NCBI GenBank assembly: GCA_029781975.1
Contig: JAKOVQ010000010.1
Location: 234,375 to 298,374 of the forward strand
Source of the DNA: Acidobacteriota bacterium
GTDB lineage: Bacteria > Acidobacteriota > Thermoanaerobaculia > UBA5066
Length of the DNA: 64,000 nt
Direction of reading: 5' to 3'
The notes under the pieces were generated by a model, which saw only the letters and a list, made by a program, of their open reading frames with translations, had not been told where the DNA came from and did not search any database. Shown piece after piece: positions 7,996 through 17,331 of this stretch; the stretch's first letter is position 1, and the number at the start of each line of letters is the position of its first letter. The position numbers and the translations under genes were made by a program.

Positions 7996-10710
7996 ATGAA
8001 CGAAGCTCCCCTTCCCTGGCACGCCCGTCCGGCGGCCGATGTCCTTTCGTCCCTGGAGTCCCTCCCTGCCGGCCTCGACCCGGCCGAGGCGGGCCGGAGG
8101 CTCGCCCGCTTCGGGCCCAACGTCCTCCCCAAGGGGGAGGTCGAGGGGCCGCTCTCCCTCCTCTGGCGCCAGGTCAACAACCCGCTCATCTGGGTCCTGA
8201 TCGCCTCGTCGGGGCTGGCCCTGGCGCTCGGGAAGGGGGTCGACGCCGCGGTCGTCCTCGGCGTCGTCGTCCTGAACGCCGTGATCGGCTTCCTGCAGGA
8301 GTGGAAGGCGGGCCAGGCGCTCGCCGCGCTGGAAGGGCTCGTCCCAGACCTCGCCACCGTCGTCCGCTCCGGGGAGCGGCGCACCGTCCCGGCCGCCGAG
8401 CTCGTCCCCGGCGACGTCGTCGCCCTCCAGTCGGGCGACAAGGTCCCCGCCGACCTCCGCCTCGTCTCGCTCCGCAACCTCCAGGTAACCGAGGCGGCCC
8501 TCACCGGCGAATCGCTCCCTTCCGCGAAGGGCCCCGACCCCCTCGAGGAGGACGCGCCCCTGGCCGACCGGAGGAACATGGCCTTCTCCGGCACCCTCGT
8601 GGCGTCGGGGACGGCCGAAGGGGTCGTCGTGGCCACGGGCGGCGCCACCGAGCTCGGCCGGATCTCCTCGCTCCTGGCGTCGACCACGGAGGTGGAGACG
8701 CCGCTCACCCGCTCGCTCGCGCGCGTGGGAAAGGGGCTGACCTGGGCCATCGTGGTCGTCTCGATCGTCCTCTTCGGCGTCGCCCTCCTCCGCGGCTTCC
8801 CGCTCGTCGACGCCGCGCTCGCGGCGATCACGCTGGCGGTCGCCGCCATCCCCGAGGGGCTCCCCGCGATCATCACCATCACGCTCGCGATCGGCGTCCA
8901 GCGGATGGCGCGGCGCCGCGCCGTGGTCCGGCACCTGCCGTCGGTCGAGACGCTCGGCTCCACCACCGTCATCTGCTCCGACAAGACCGGGACGCTGACG
9001 CGGAACGAGATGACGGTGACGCACGTCTGGACCGCGGCCGGGAGCTTCGAGCTGACGGGCGTCGGCTACGCGCCCGAGGGACGCCTCCTCCGCGACGGCC
9101 GGCCGCTCGACGCCGCGCCCGCCGACGTGGCGGACCTCCTCTCGGCTGGCGCGCTCTGCAACGACGCGAACCTGGAGCGAGTCGAGGGAACCTGGACCCT
9201 CCACGGCGACCCGACCGAGGGGGCGATCGTCGTCGCGGCCGAGAAGGCGGGGCTCGGCGTCGAGGCGCTGCGCGCCGGCTCGCCGAGGCGCGACGTCTTC
9301 CCCTTCGAGTCCGAGAACCAGTTCATGGCGACGTTCCACGAGACGCCGTCGGGACCGCTCCTCTTCGTGAAGGGGGCCCCGGAGGCCGTCTTCCGGATGG
9401 CGTCGGGCGGACCGGGCGGTACGCCGCTCGACGCCGGCGCCGTCGTCGCGGCGGCGCGCGGCCTGGCGCGCGAGGGGATGCGGGTCCTCGCGGTCGCCCG
9501 GAAGGCCGGCCGTCCCGCGGGCCCGGCGCTCGCCCGCGAGGACGTGGCGTCGGGGCTCGAGTTCCTCGGGCTGGTCGGGATGATCGACCCGCCGCGCCCG
9601 GAGGCGATCGAGGCGGTGGCGGCCTGCCACCGCGCCGGCATCACGGTGAAGATGATCACCGGCGACCACCCGGAGACCGCCGCGGCCATCGGGAGAGAGC
9701 TCGGGCTCCCGGCGGAAGGGGAGGCCGTCACCGGACGGATGCTCGCGAAGATGGACGCCGCCGCCCTCGCCGAGTCGGCGGCGACGCGGAACGTCTTCGC
9801 CCGGGTCGCCCCCGAGCACAAGCTGAAGCTCGTCGGCGCGCTCCAGGCCCGGGGAGAGGTCGTCGCGATGACCGGCGACGGCGTGAACGACGCCCCGGCC
9901 CTCAAGCAGTCCGACATCGGGGTGGCGATGGGGATCACGGGGACGGCGGCCTCGAAGGAGGCGGCCGACCTCGTCCTCACCGACGACAACTTCGCCTCGA
10001 TCGCCGCAGCGGTCGAGGAGGGGCGGCGGATCTGGGACAACCTCGTCAAGTCGCTCGCCTTCGTCCTGCCGACGAACATCGGCGAGGCGCTCCTGATCCT
10101 CGTCGCCGTCGCCGCCTTCCCGATCGAGGACGGCCAGCCGCTCCTCCCCGTTCTCCCGGTCCAGATCCTCTGGATCAACCTCGTCGCGACGGTGACGCTC
10201 GCCCTCCCGCTCGCCTTCGAGGCGCGCGAGCCCGACGTCATGAGCCGGCCGCCGCGGAAGCCGGGGACCCCGATCCTCGACGGCTTCCTCCTCCTCCGGA
10301 CGGTCGGAGTCGCCGTCCTGATGGCGGCGGCGTCGATCGGCCTCTTCCTCCACGAGCTGCGGCGGGACCTGGCGGCGGGGCACGAGCCGGGCGAGGCGCT
10401 CAGGGAGGCGCAGACGATGGCGGTGACGACCATCATCCTCTTCCAGGTCTTCTACCTCCTGAACTGCCGGTCGCTCAAGGACTCGATCCTGAAGATCGGC
10501 CTCTTCACGAACAACGCCGTCTGGGCGGGGATCGGGGCGCTCCTCGTCCTGCAGGCGGCGTTCGTCTACGCTCCTCCCCTCCAGCTCCTCTTCGGTTCCG
10601 CGCCGCTGGACGGCGCCGAGCTCGCCAAGTCCGCCCTGGCGGGCGCGGTGGTCCTCCCCGTCATCGTCGCGGAGAAGGTGATCCGCGCGCGGCGCGCGCG
10701 GGCGTCCTGA
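7996..10710 (+). CDS. Cation-transporting P-type ATPase, type II (Ca2+/Mg2+-like)
   Basis: ATG at 7996 with GAGGAG 6 nt upstream. Motifs present: TGES (TGESLP), the phosphorylation site CSDKTGTLT, MITGDHPETA, the hinge motif GDGVNDAPAL, and 10 predicted TM segments. The ORF track frame begins at 7750, but the N-terminal 82 aa are low-complexity and unlike a protein. Confidence 0.85.
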   Translation: MNEAPLPWHARPAADVLSSLESLPAGLDPAEAGRRLARFGPNVLPKGEVEGPLSLLWRQVNNPLIWVLIASSGLALALGKGVDAAVVLGVVVLNAVIGFLQEWKAGQALAALEGLVPDLATVVRSGERRTVPAAELVPGDVVALQSGDKVPADLRLVSLRNLQVTEAALTGESLPSAKGPDPLEEDAPLADRRNMAFSGTLVASGTAEGVVVATGGATELGRISSLLASTTEVETPLTRSLARVGKGLTWAIVVVSIVLFGVALLRGFPLVDAALAAITLAVAAIPEGLPAIITITLAIGVQRMARRRAVVRHLPSVETLGSTTVICSDKTGTLTRNEMTVTHVWTAAGSFELTGVGYAPEGRLLRDGRPLDAAPADVADLLSAGALCNDANLERVEGTWTLHGDPTEGAIVVAAEKAGLGVEALRAGSPRRDVFPFESENQFMATFHETPSGPLLFVKGAPEAVFRMASGGPGGTPLDAGAVVAAARGLAREGMRVLAVARKAGRPAGPALAREDVASGLEFLGLVGMIDPPRPEAIEAVAACHRAGITVKMITGDHPETAAAIGRELGLPAEGEAVTGRMLAKMDAAALAESAATRNVFARVAPEHKLKLVGALQARGEVVAMTGDGVNDAPALKQSDIGVAMGITGTAASKEAADLVLTDDNFASIAAAVEEGRRIWDNLVKSLAFVLPTNIGEALLILVAVAAFPIEDGQPLLPVLPVQILWINLVATVTLALPLAFEAREPDVMSRPPRKPGTPILDGFLLLRTVGVAVLMAAASIGLFLHELRRDLAAGHEPGEALREAQTMAVTTIILFQVFYLLNCRSLKDSILKIGLFTNNAVWAGIGALLVLQAAFVYAPPLQLLFGSAPLDGAELAKSALAGAVVLPVIVAEKVIRARRARAS

Positions 10711-10713
10711 ACT

Positions 10714-10740
10714 CCGCGGCGCGCGGCTCTTCTGTATCAT
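10714..10740 (+). terminator. Possible intrinsic terminator after the P-type ATPase: a GC hairpin (ccgcg gcg cgcgg) followed by a T-rich tract (ctcttctgtatcat)
   Basis: Read directly from the sequence 4 nt after the TGA at 10708-10710. The stem is short, 5 bp. Confidence 0.25.
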
Positions 10741-10750
10741 CCCCGGCTTC

Positions 10751-11926
10751 ATGGGCAGGTCGGTGCGCGTCCTCGTCGGGGCGGCGGTCTTCCTCGCGGC
10801 GGTTTCCGCCATCCACGTGAGGTACGCCCGTCGCGGCTTCGGGGGCGGTCCCGTGGAGAGCAGGGAGGCGGCCGCCCGGGGGGAGGAGCTCGTCGTCGGG
10901 CACCTCCCGGTCACGTGACACCTGACCTGCCCCGTCACCAGTTGGGTGACGACGCACTCCGGCTCGGGCTCGCAGTTCATCTCGAAGAGGTACACGAACT
11001 TCTCGGCCGTCGTGGAGGACATGACCGCCGGCAACCTGAAGGCCAGCTTCATCCTGGCCCCCCTCGCGATGGTGATGAACCGCAAGGGGGTGCCCGTGAA
11101 GATCGTCTACCTCGGCCACCGGGACGGCACGACGATGGTGGTGAGGACCGACTCGCCCTACCACACGTTCGCGGACCTGAAGGGGAAGCGGATCGCCATC
11201 CCGCACCGGTTCTCGAACCAGCGGATCCTCGTGGAGAAGCTGAAGGAGCGGTTCGGGTTCGGGCCGGACGACGTGACGCTCGTCGACTTCCCGCCGCCCG
11301 AGATGCCGGCCGCCCTGAAGACCGGCCAGATCGACGCCTACGTGGTGGGCGAGCCGTTCCCCGCGAAGGCCCAGATCGAGGGGTACGGCCGGGTCCTCTA
11401 CTTCACGAAGGACATCTGGCCGAACTTCATCTCCTGCGTCCTGGTCGTCCACGAGAGCCTCATCAAGGAGCACCGGGCGCTCGTCGAGGAGCTGGTCCGC
11501 GGGATCGCGAAGTCGGGGATGTGGATCGACGCGCCGGGCGAGGACCTCGCGAAGGGGGTGATGTGCGCGAGCGACGTCGTCCCGGGGACCCCCGGGCGCG
11601 ACCGCCTCACCCTGATCCCCGACGGCTTCGGGAAGACGCACCGGATGCAGGCCGCGGCCATCGCCGCGCGCCGCGAGTACTACAACCAGGACCCGGAGCT
11701 CCTGAAGTTCGTCCTGACGCAGCCGCCGGACCGCGTCAAGTACACGAACCTCCTCCCGGCGAAGAAGGACTTCGAGGAGATCCAGCGCTACGCCGAGAGG
11801 CTCGGCTACTTCTCCTTCCGGCCGGTGACGGCGGCCGACCCGTTCCGGTTCGAGGACTACTGCGACACGTCGTTCGCCGTCGAGGCGCAGGAGACCGCCG
11901 CCGCTCGGGCCGCGGCCGGACGCTGA
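10751..11926 (+). CDS. ABC-transporter substrate-binding protein of the NitT/TauT (NMT1/SsuA/NrtA-like) family. The reading frame is broken by an in-frame TGA at 10916-10918 (pseudogene, sequencing error or recoding). The track ORF 10946..11926 is the downstream part.
   Basis: ATG at 10751 opens MGRSVRVLVGAAVFLAAVSAIHV (a signal peptide) and continues …ELVVGHLPVT, which is the conserved start of mature NMT1-type SBPs. A TGA follows, and the same frame then runs on as HLTCPVTSWVTTHSGSGSQF…LKASFILAPLAM (compare NrtA …LDAAHMLAPMPI). 10751 and 10946 are both congruent to 2 mod 3, so they share a frame. Confidence 0.6.
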
Positions 11927-11936
11927 GCGGACCGTC

Positions 11937-12713
11937 GTGAACCGCCTCCGCCGCATCGCCCGCCCCCTCCTGGGGATGGCCGCGTTCCTCCTCGTCTGGC
12001 AGCTGGCGACGCTGGGGAACAAGCGGACCGACATCCCGGGGCCTTACCTGACCTGGATGGGCCTCTCCGAGATCCTCCACCAGGGGGTCCTCGCCCGGAA
12101 CGTCGTGGCGTCGGTCTTCCGCGTCTCGTGGGGCTTCGCGATCGCAACGGTCGCCGGCATCCCGCTCGGGATCCTCCTCGGCCGCCTCCCCGTCCTCCAC
12201 CAGCTCGTCAACCCGAACATCCAGCTCCTCCGGCCGATCTCCCCCATCGCCTGGCTCCCGATCGCGACGCTCCTCTTCGGGACCGTGAGGTGGATGGACC
12301 CGAGCGACCTGGCGGCCATCTTCCTGATCTTCCTCTCGTCCTTCTTCACGATCACGACCGCGACCGCCTCGGCCGTCGGCGCGGTGGAGCAGAAGTACCT
12401 CCGCTCGGCGGCGAACTTCGGCGTCACGGGGTTCGCCCTCGTCCGGAAGGTCCTCTTCCCGGCGGCCCTCCCCCAGATCCTCACCGGCCTGAGGCTCGCG
12501 CTCGGCGTGGCGTGGGTCGTCGTCGTCGCCGCCGAGATGCTCGGCGTCCAGTCGGGCCTCGGCTTCCAGGTGAACGACGCGCGGAACAACCTCCGCTACG
12601 ACCTCGTCGTGGCGGCGATGGTCGTCATCGGCTTCATCGGCCTCGGGCTCGACGCCGCCATGAGGGCCGTGGAGCGGGCCGAGCTCGCGCGCCGGGGGCT
12701 CCTCCGGTCATGA
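11937..12713 (+). CDS. ABC transporter permease (NitT/TauT family, SsuC-like)
   Basis: Six predicted TM segments and the EAA-like region (…VEQKYLRSAANFGVTGFALVRKVLFPAALPQI). GTG start immediately after the SBP gene. The stop forms an ATGA overlap with the ATPase gene. Confidence 0.8.
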   Translation: MNRLRRIARPLLGMAAFLLVWQLATLGNKRTDIPGPYLTWMGLSEILHQGVLARNVVASVFRVSWGFAIATVAGIPLGILLGRLPVLHQLVNPNIQLLRPISPIAWLPIATLLFGTVRWMDPSDLAAIFLIFLSSFFTITTATASAVGAVEQKYLRSAANFGVTGFALVRKVLFPAALPQILTGLRLALGVAWVVVVAAEMLGVQSGLGFQVNDARNNLRYDLVVAAMVVIGFIGLGLDAAMRAVERAELARRGLLRS

Positions 12714-13480
12714 GCGCAGCGGCCGTCGCATCCGCGAAGATCCGCGTCGCCGGAGTCTTCAAGTCGTTCCGGACGAAGAAGGAGACCGTGGACGTCCTCG
12801 AGGGGGTCGACCTCGACGTGCGGCCGCAGGAGTTCCTCGCCATCGTCGGCCCGTCGGGCTGCGGCAAGTCGACGCTCCTCAACTGTATCGCCGGCTTCGA
12901 GCAGCTGACGAAGGGCTCCATCGAGATCGACGGCGAGAGGGTGAGGAAGCCGTCGCGCAAGAGGGTCTTCGTCTTCCAGGAGACCGGCATCTTCCCGTGG
13001 CTCACCGTGAGGGACAACATCGGATTCGGCCTCGGCGACCTCGAGCCCGGCGCGCGGGACGAGGTCGTCGCCCGGTACGTCGCCCTCGTCGGCCTTCAGG
13101 GGTTCGAGAAGGCCTACCCCGCCGAGCTCTCGGGGGGGATGAAGCAGCGGGTGGAGTTCGCCCGCGCCCTGGCCGTCGAGTCCGACGTCCTCTACCTCGA
13201 CGAGCCGTTCGGGGCGCTCGACGCCTTCACGCGCCTCGAGATGCGGCGGGAGATCGCCCGGATCTGGAAGGCGACCGGCAAGACGTGCCTCCTCGTGACG
13301 CACGACGTGGAGGAGGCGGTGGAGCTGGCCGACCGAATCGCGGTGATGACGCGCCGCCCGGCCCGGATCGAGAGGATCCTCGAGAACCCCCTGCCGCGCC
13401 CCCGCGACCCGGACGACACGGGGTTCCGGGAGCTGAAGGACCAGATCTTCGACATCCTCGGCGTCGAGCGGCGCGTGTGA
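12710..13480 (+). CDS. ABC transporter ATP-binding protein (NitT/TauT family)
   Basis: Walker A GPSGCGKST, signature LSGGMKQR, Walker B LYLDEPFGALD, H-loop VTHD. The ATG at 12710 overlaps the permease stop (ATGA). The 5' part of the track ORF (from 12128) is low-complexity filler. Confidence 0.85.
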   Translation: MSAAAVASAKIRVAGVFKSFRTKKETVDVLEGVDLDVRPQEFLAIVGPSGCGKSTLLNCIAGFEQLTKGSIEIDGERVRKPSRKRVFVFQETGIFPWLTVRDNIGFGLGDLEPGARDEVVARYVALVGLQGFEKAYPAELSGGMKQRVEFARALAVESDVLYLDEPFGALDAFTRLEMRREIARIWKATGKTCLLVTHDVEEAVELADRIAVMTRRPARIERILENPLPRPRDPDDTGFRELKDQIFDILGVERRV

Positions 13481-15684
13481 CCGGGCGCCGGCGGCTGCTC
13501 CTCGTCGCGCTCGCCGCGCTCCTTTCGGCCGCGGGGGTCTGGCTCTACCGGAACGCCTCGCTCCCGCGCCTACGGGCTGAGTTCGTGCCGTGGATGAGGA
13601 AGCTCGAGCGGTGGCGCGACGCCGTGGAGCTCGCGCGGAACGCCGCCGCCAGACGGGAGGCCGCTCCGGGCGACCCGGCGGGAGAGGCCGCCCTGAGGGG
13701 GTGGGCCTGGGCCGGGCTCGAGCGGGTCGACGGGGTCTTCACCGACGTCGAGAAGCCGCGGCATCCGGGCGGAGGGATCGAGACCTCGGGTCGCGTCCTC
13801 TTCCTCGTCGACGGCTTCCGCCCCGGCGGGACCCGGGTCGAGCGGCAGGCGTGGGTCCGCGTCGAGTCGCCCGAGCCCGGGGGCGGCGGGGTACCCCGCG
13901 TCACCCTCGAGGGGGGCGTCACCGAGCGGGTCGAGCCTGAGCCCCGCTTCCACGAGGCCACCCGGGAGGCTGGCCTCGGGGCGCCACGGAACGACCCGCC
14001 CTTCAAGCTGACGAATCGCCTCATCGACGGGATCTGGCCCGGCTCCGGGGTCGCCGTCCTCGACTTCGACCGCGACGGCGACGAGGACCTCTTCGTCGCC
14101 GACGGCGTGAGATCGATCCTCTACGAGAACGACGGGGACGGCCACTTCGCCGACGTGACGGAGCGGGCGGGCCTCGCCCGCTCGGCGACGGAGGGGATCC
14201 GCGCGACGGGTGTGGCCGCCGGCGACCTCGACGGGGACGGGTACCCGGACCTCGTCGTCACCGACGCCTTCGGCCCGACGCGGCTCTTTCGGAACCGGCG
14301 CGACGGGACGTTCGAAGAGACGACGGCCGCCTCGGGCGTCGTGACGCGGGGCTCGACGCGGTCCGCCACGCTGGCAGACGTCGACGGCGACGGCGACCTC
14401 GACCTCTTCGTCTGCGTCACGGGCGACTACTACCGCCAGATGCCCGACCCGCCGTTCGACGCCAACGACGGCGGCCGGAACTATCTCTTCCTCAACGACG
14501 GCCACGGGCGCTTCGCCGACGCCACCGCCGCCTGGGGGCTCGGGAAGGCCACCCGCTGGTCACTCTCGGCCCTCTTCGCCGACGTCGACGGCGACGGGCG
14601 GCCCGACCTGGTCGTGACGAACGACTTCGGCCTGAAGAACCTCTACCGGAACGTCGACGGGAGGCGCTTCGTCGACGTGACCGCGAAGGCCGGCGTCGAG
14701 GACCGGGGCTACGGGATGTCGGCCGCCTGGGGGGACTTCGACGGCGACGGCCGGCTCGACCTCTACACCACCGGGACCTACACGCAGTGGGGGTTCTTGC
14801 ACGAGTACCCGGGGCTCCCGGTCCCGCTGCCGGGGCGCCTCTTCCTCCCCTTCGCGGTCTCGTGGATGGAGAAGATGTGCGCCGGGAACTCGCTCTTCCT
14901 CCAGCGGGGCGACGGGAGGTTCGAGGAGGCGACCGCGCGCTCGGGGGCCGCGAAGGCGGGGTGGTGCTGGAGCGCCGTCGCGGCCGACCTCGACGGCGAC
15001 GGCTGGCTCGACCTGGCGACGACGAACGGGATGTGGGGCGACGGCCGCGAGCACGACCGCGAGCTGGAGTTCTGGTGGGAGACGCTCGCCTACTGGGACG
15101 ACTACATCGCCGGGACGACGACGTTCGACCAGAAGCGGACGGCCGTCCAGGGGATCGAGCGAGACGCCCTCTTCGTGAACCGCGGCGCGGGGGCGCCGGC
15201 CGGCGGGACGCTCTTTGCGGAGCGCGCCTTTCTCGACGGCTTCGACCCGAAGACCAACGGCCGGGCCCTCGTCGCCTTCGACGCGAACGGCGACGGCGCG
15301 CTCGACCTCTACCTCCGCTCCGTCCAGGCGCCCGAGGCCCTCTACCTCGGCTCGCGGCGCCCGGGCGAGCACTACCTGAGGCTCCGGCTCGCCGGGACGA
15401 AGGGGAAGGACAACGCCGACGGCGTCGGCGCCCGGGTCACGGCGGCGCTGCCCGACGGCCGCGTCCTCGTCCGCGAGAACGGCAATGCCAGCGGCTTCCT
15501 GGCGTCGGCGAGCCCGATCGTCCACCTCGGCCTCGGCGGGGCGACGCGCGTCGCGCGGCTCACGGTCCGCTGGCCTTCGGGGTTCGTCCAGGAGCTCGGC
15601 CCGGTCGACGTCGTCGACCGGACGGTCACGGTGGACGAGGCGTCGGGGCTCGCCGCGCCGGTTTCCGCCGCGTCCTCGCGCTGA
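13477..15684 (+). CDS. CRTAC1-family protein (FG-GAP/VCBS repeats plus a C-terminal ASPIC/UnbV domain) with an N-terminal membrane anchor
   Basis: The GTG at 13477 overlaps the ATPase stop (GTGTGA). The N-terminus TGRRRLLLVALAALLSAAGVWLY is a signal anchor. Repeated D.DGDG..DL motifs (FG-GAP). The C-terminus GVGARVTAALPDGRVLVRENGNASGFLASASPIVHLGLGGATRVARLTVRWPSGFVQ is typical of UnbV_ASPIC. Confidence 0.7.
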   Translation: MTGRRRLLLVALAALLSAAGVWLYRNASLPRLRAEFVPWMRKLERWRDAVELARNAAARREAAPGDPAGEAALRGWAWAGLERVDGVFTDVEKPRHPGGGIETSGRVLFLVDGFRPGGTRVERQAWVRVESPEPGGGGVPRVTLEGGVTERVEPEPRFHEATREAGLGAPRNDPPFKLTNRLIDGIWPGSGVAVLDFDRDGDEDLFVADGVRSILYENDGDGHFADVTERAGLARSATEGIRATGVAAGDLDGDGYPDLVVTDAFGPTRLFRNRRDGTFEETTAASGVVTRGSTRSATLADVDGDGDLDLFVCVTGDYYRQMPDPPFDANDGGRNYLFLNDGHGRFADATAAWGLGKATRWSLSALFADVDGDGRPDLVVTNDFGLKNLYRNVDGRRFVDVTAKAGVEDRGYGMSAAWGDFDGDGRLDLYTTGTYTQWGFLHEYPGLPVPLPGRLFLPFAVSWMEKMCAGNSLFLQRGDGRFEEATARSGAAKAGWCWSAVAADLDGDGWLDLATTNGMWGDGREHDRELEFWWETLAYWDDYIAGTTTFDQKRTAVQGIERDALFVNRGAGAPAGGTLFAERAFLDGFDPKTNGRALVAFDANGDGALDLYLRSVQAPEALYLGSRRPGEHYLRLRLAGTKGKDNADGVGARVTAALPDGRVLVRENGNASGFLASASPIVHLGLGGATRVARLTVRWPSGFVQELGPVDVVDRTVTVDEASGLAAPVSAASSR

Positions 15685-15709
15685 GAACAGTTTTCATTAT
15701 TATCCGGGC

Positions 15710-17323
15710 ATGGCAGCCACGGAAGACGTCCAGGTCGCGACATCCACCTCCTCCGGCGCCGAGCCCACGGCTTACGACGTCGTGGTCCTCGGCGGCGCCC
15801 TCGCGGGCGCCTCGACGGCCATCCTCCTCAGAAGGCGGATGCCGGGCGTCCGCGTCCTCGTCGTCGAGAAGAGCGAGGCGTTCGACTGGAAGGTCGGGGA
15901 GTCGACGGTCGAGATCTCGGCCTACTTCCTCTCGCGCGTCCTCCGCCTCTACGACTACCTCTCGCGCGAGCAGCTGACGAAGCAGGGGTTCCGCTACTGG
16001 TTCCACAACGAGAAGGTCACCTCCCTGAGGGAGGCCTCGGAGGTCGGGCCGACGCAGCTCGCCCGTACCCCGGGCTTCCAGCTCGACCGCGCCCACCTCG
16101 ACGAGCACGTCCTCGGCGTCGCCGCGAAGGAAGGGGCCGAGGTCTGGCGGCCTGCGAAGGTCGTCGACGTCTCGCTCGAGGGGGAGGCCGGCAACTCGGT
16201 GACGGTCGAGAAGGGGGACGGGACCCGGGTCACCGTGAGGGCGAGGTGGGTCGTCGACGCCACGGGCCGGCAGGCGCTCCTGGCGCGCAAGCGGGGCGGG
16301 GTCCTCCCCGTGGAGGGGCACCCCACGGCGTCGATCTGGGTCCGCTTCCGCGGCGTGAAAGACCTCGACGGGGCGGAGCTCGCGAGCGACCCCGCCGACC
16401 CGTTCGTCCGCCCGGTCATCGCGGCCCGGCGCCTCGCCACGAACCACTTCACCGGCTACGGCTACTGGATCTGGTTCATCCCGCTCCGCGGCGGGGAGAC
16501 GAGCGTGGGCCTCGTCTGGGACACCCGCCTCGTCCAGCCGGAGGGGACGACCCCCCTCGACAAGCTGCGGCGGTTCCTCGACGCCAACCCCCTGACGCGC
16601 GAGATGCTCGAGCGCGCGACGCCGGTGGAGGGGGACTGCCGCTACTACGGGAACCTCCCCTACTTCGTCGACAGGTTCATCGGCCCGGGATGGGCCTGCG
16701 TCGGCGACGCGGGCGGCTTCATCGACCCCTTCTACTCGCCCGGGCTCGACCAGATGGGCTTCTCCGTCCACATGCGGGTGGAGCTGATCCGGAAGGCCCT
16801 GGCGGGCGCCCCGGCCGCGAAGATGGAGGAGGAGTACGCGCTCCACAACAAGCGGTACGACCGGTTCCTCCGCTACTTCTACGAGTCGATCTACCGCGAC
16901 AAGTACTACCTGATGGGCGACTACGACACGATGACGACGTCGTTCCTGATGGACACCGCCCTCTACTACCTCGTCGCGGTGCAGCCGATCTACCAGTGGT
17001 CGGCCGACCGCCTCGGCGTCCCGCCGTACTACCAGGACGGCGCGGAGGTCGGCCTCGTCCCGATCCGCTTCTACCAGCGGCGGCTGATCGCGATCGCGAA
17101 GCGGAAGCGGGAGCTCGGGATCTACGGCAACCACAACGCGGGGCGGCGGCCCGGCTTCGTCGGCTTCTCGCTCCGGAGCGCGGCGCTCGTGATGCTCGGC
17201 CACGGCCTCGCCCGCTGGGCCAAGGCCGAGGTGGCGAACGCCCTCTCGTACGTCGTCCGCCCTCGGCCCGTGACCGGCCCGGGCCCCGTCCTCCCGCCGC
17301 ACCTCGCCCCGACGGGGAGCTGA
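15710..17323 (+). CDS. Flavin-dependent halogenase (tryptophan-halogenase family)
   Basis: FAD-binding site DVVVLGGALAGAST; the halogenase hallmark WxWxIP appears as GYGYWIWFIPL; GDAGGFIDPFYSPGLD. ATG at 15710 after a short AT-rich spacer. Confidence 0.7.
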   Translation: MAATEDVQVATSTSSGAEPTAYDVVVLGGALAGASTAILLRRRMPGVRVLVVEKSEAFDWKVGESTVEISAYFLSRVLRLYDYLSREQLTKQGFRYWFHNEKVTSLREASEVGPTQLARTPGFQLDRAHLDEHVLGVAAKEGAEVWRPAKVVDVSLEGEAGNSVTVEKGDGTRVTVRARWVVDATGRQALLARKRGGVLPVEGHPTASIWVRFRGVKDLDGAELASDPADPFVRPVIAARRLATNHFTGYGYWIWFIPLRGGETSVGLVWDTRLVQPEGTTPLDKLRRFLDANPLTREMLERATPVEGDCRYYGNLPYFVDRFIGPGWACVGDAGGFIDPFYSPGLDQMGFSVHMRVELIRKALAGAPAAKMEEEYALHNKRYDRFLRYFYESIYRDKYYLMGDYDTMTTSFLMDTALYYLVAVQPIYQWSADRLGVPPYYQDGAEVGLVPIRFYQRRLIAIAKRKRELGIYGNHNAGRRPGFVGFSLRSAALVMLGHGLARWAKAEVANALSYVVRPRPVTGPGPVLPPHLAPTGS

Positions 17324-17331
17324 GCACGTCG

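Noticed and set aside
10916-10951. Confident selenocysteine call for the SBP gene
   Set aside because: A hairpin after the TGA exists, but hairpins are frequent at this GC content. No selenoprotein of this family is known, and the Sec machinery cannot be checked from this window. I keep it only as a hypothesis.
7782-11085. Several ORFs of 400 to 1,036 codons that overlap the P-type ATPase gene in the same or antisense direction (7782..8984 -, 7893..10820 +, 7975..11085 -, 9066..10436 -)
   Set aside because: Their translations are Arg/Gly/Pro/Asp low-complexity strings with no motifs. They are typical artefacts of stop-poor alternative frames in 70% GC DNA. The ATPase frame has every P-type ATPase motif.
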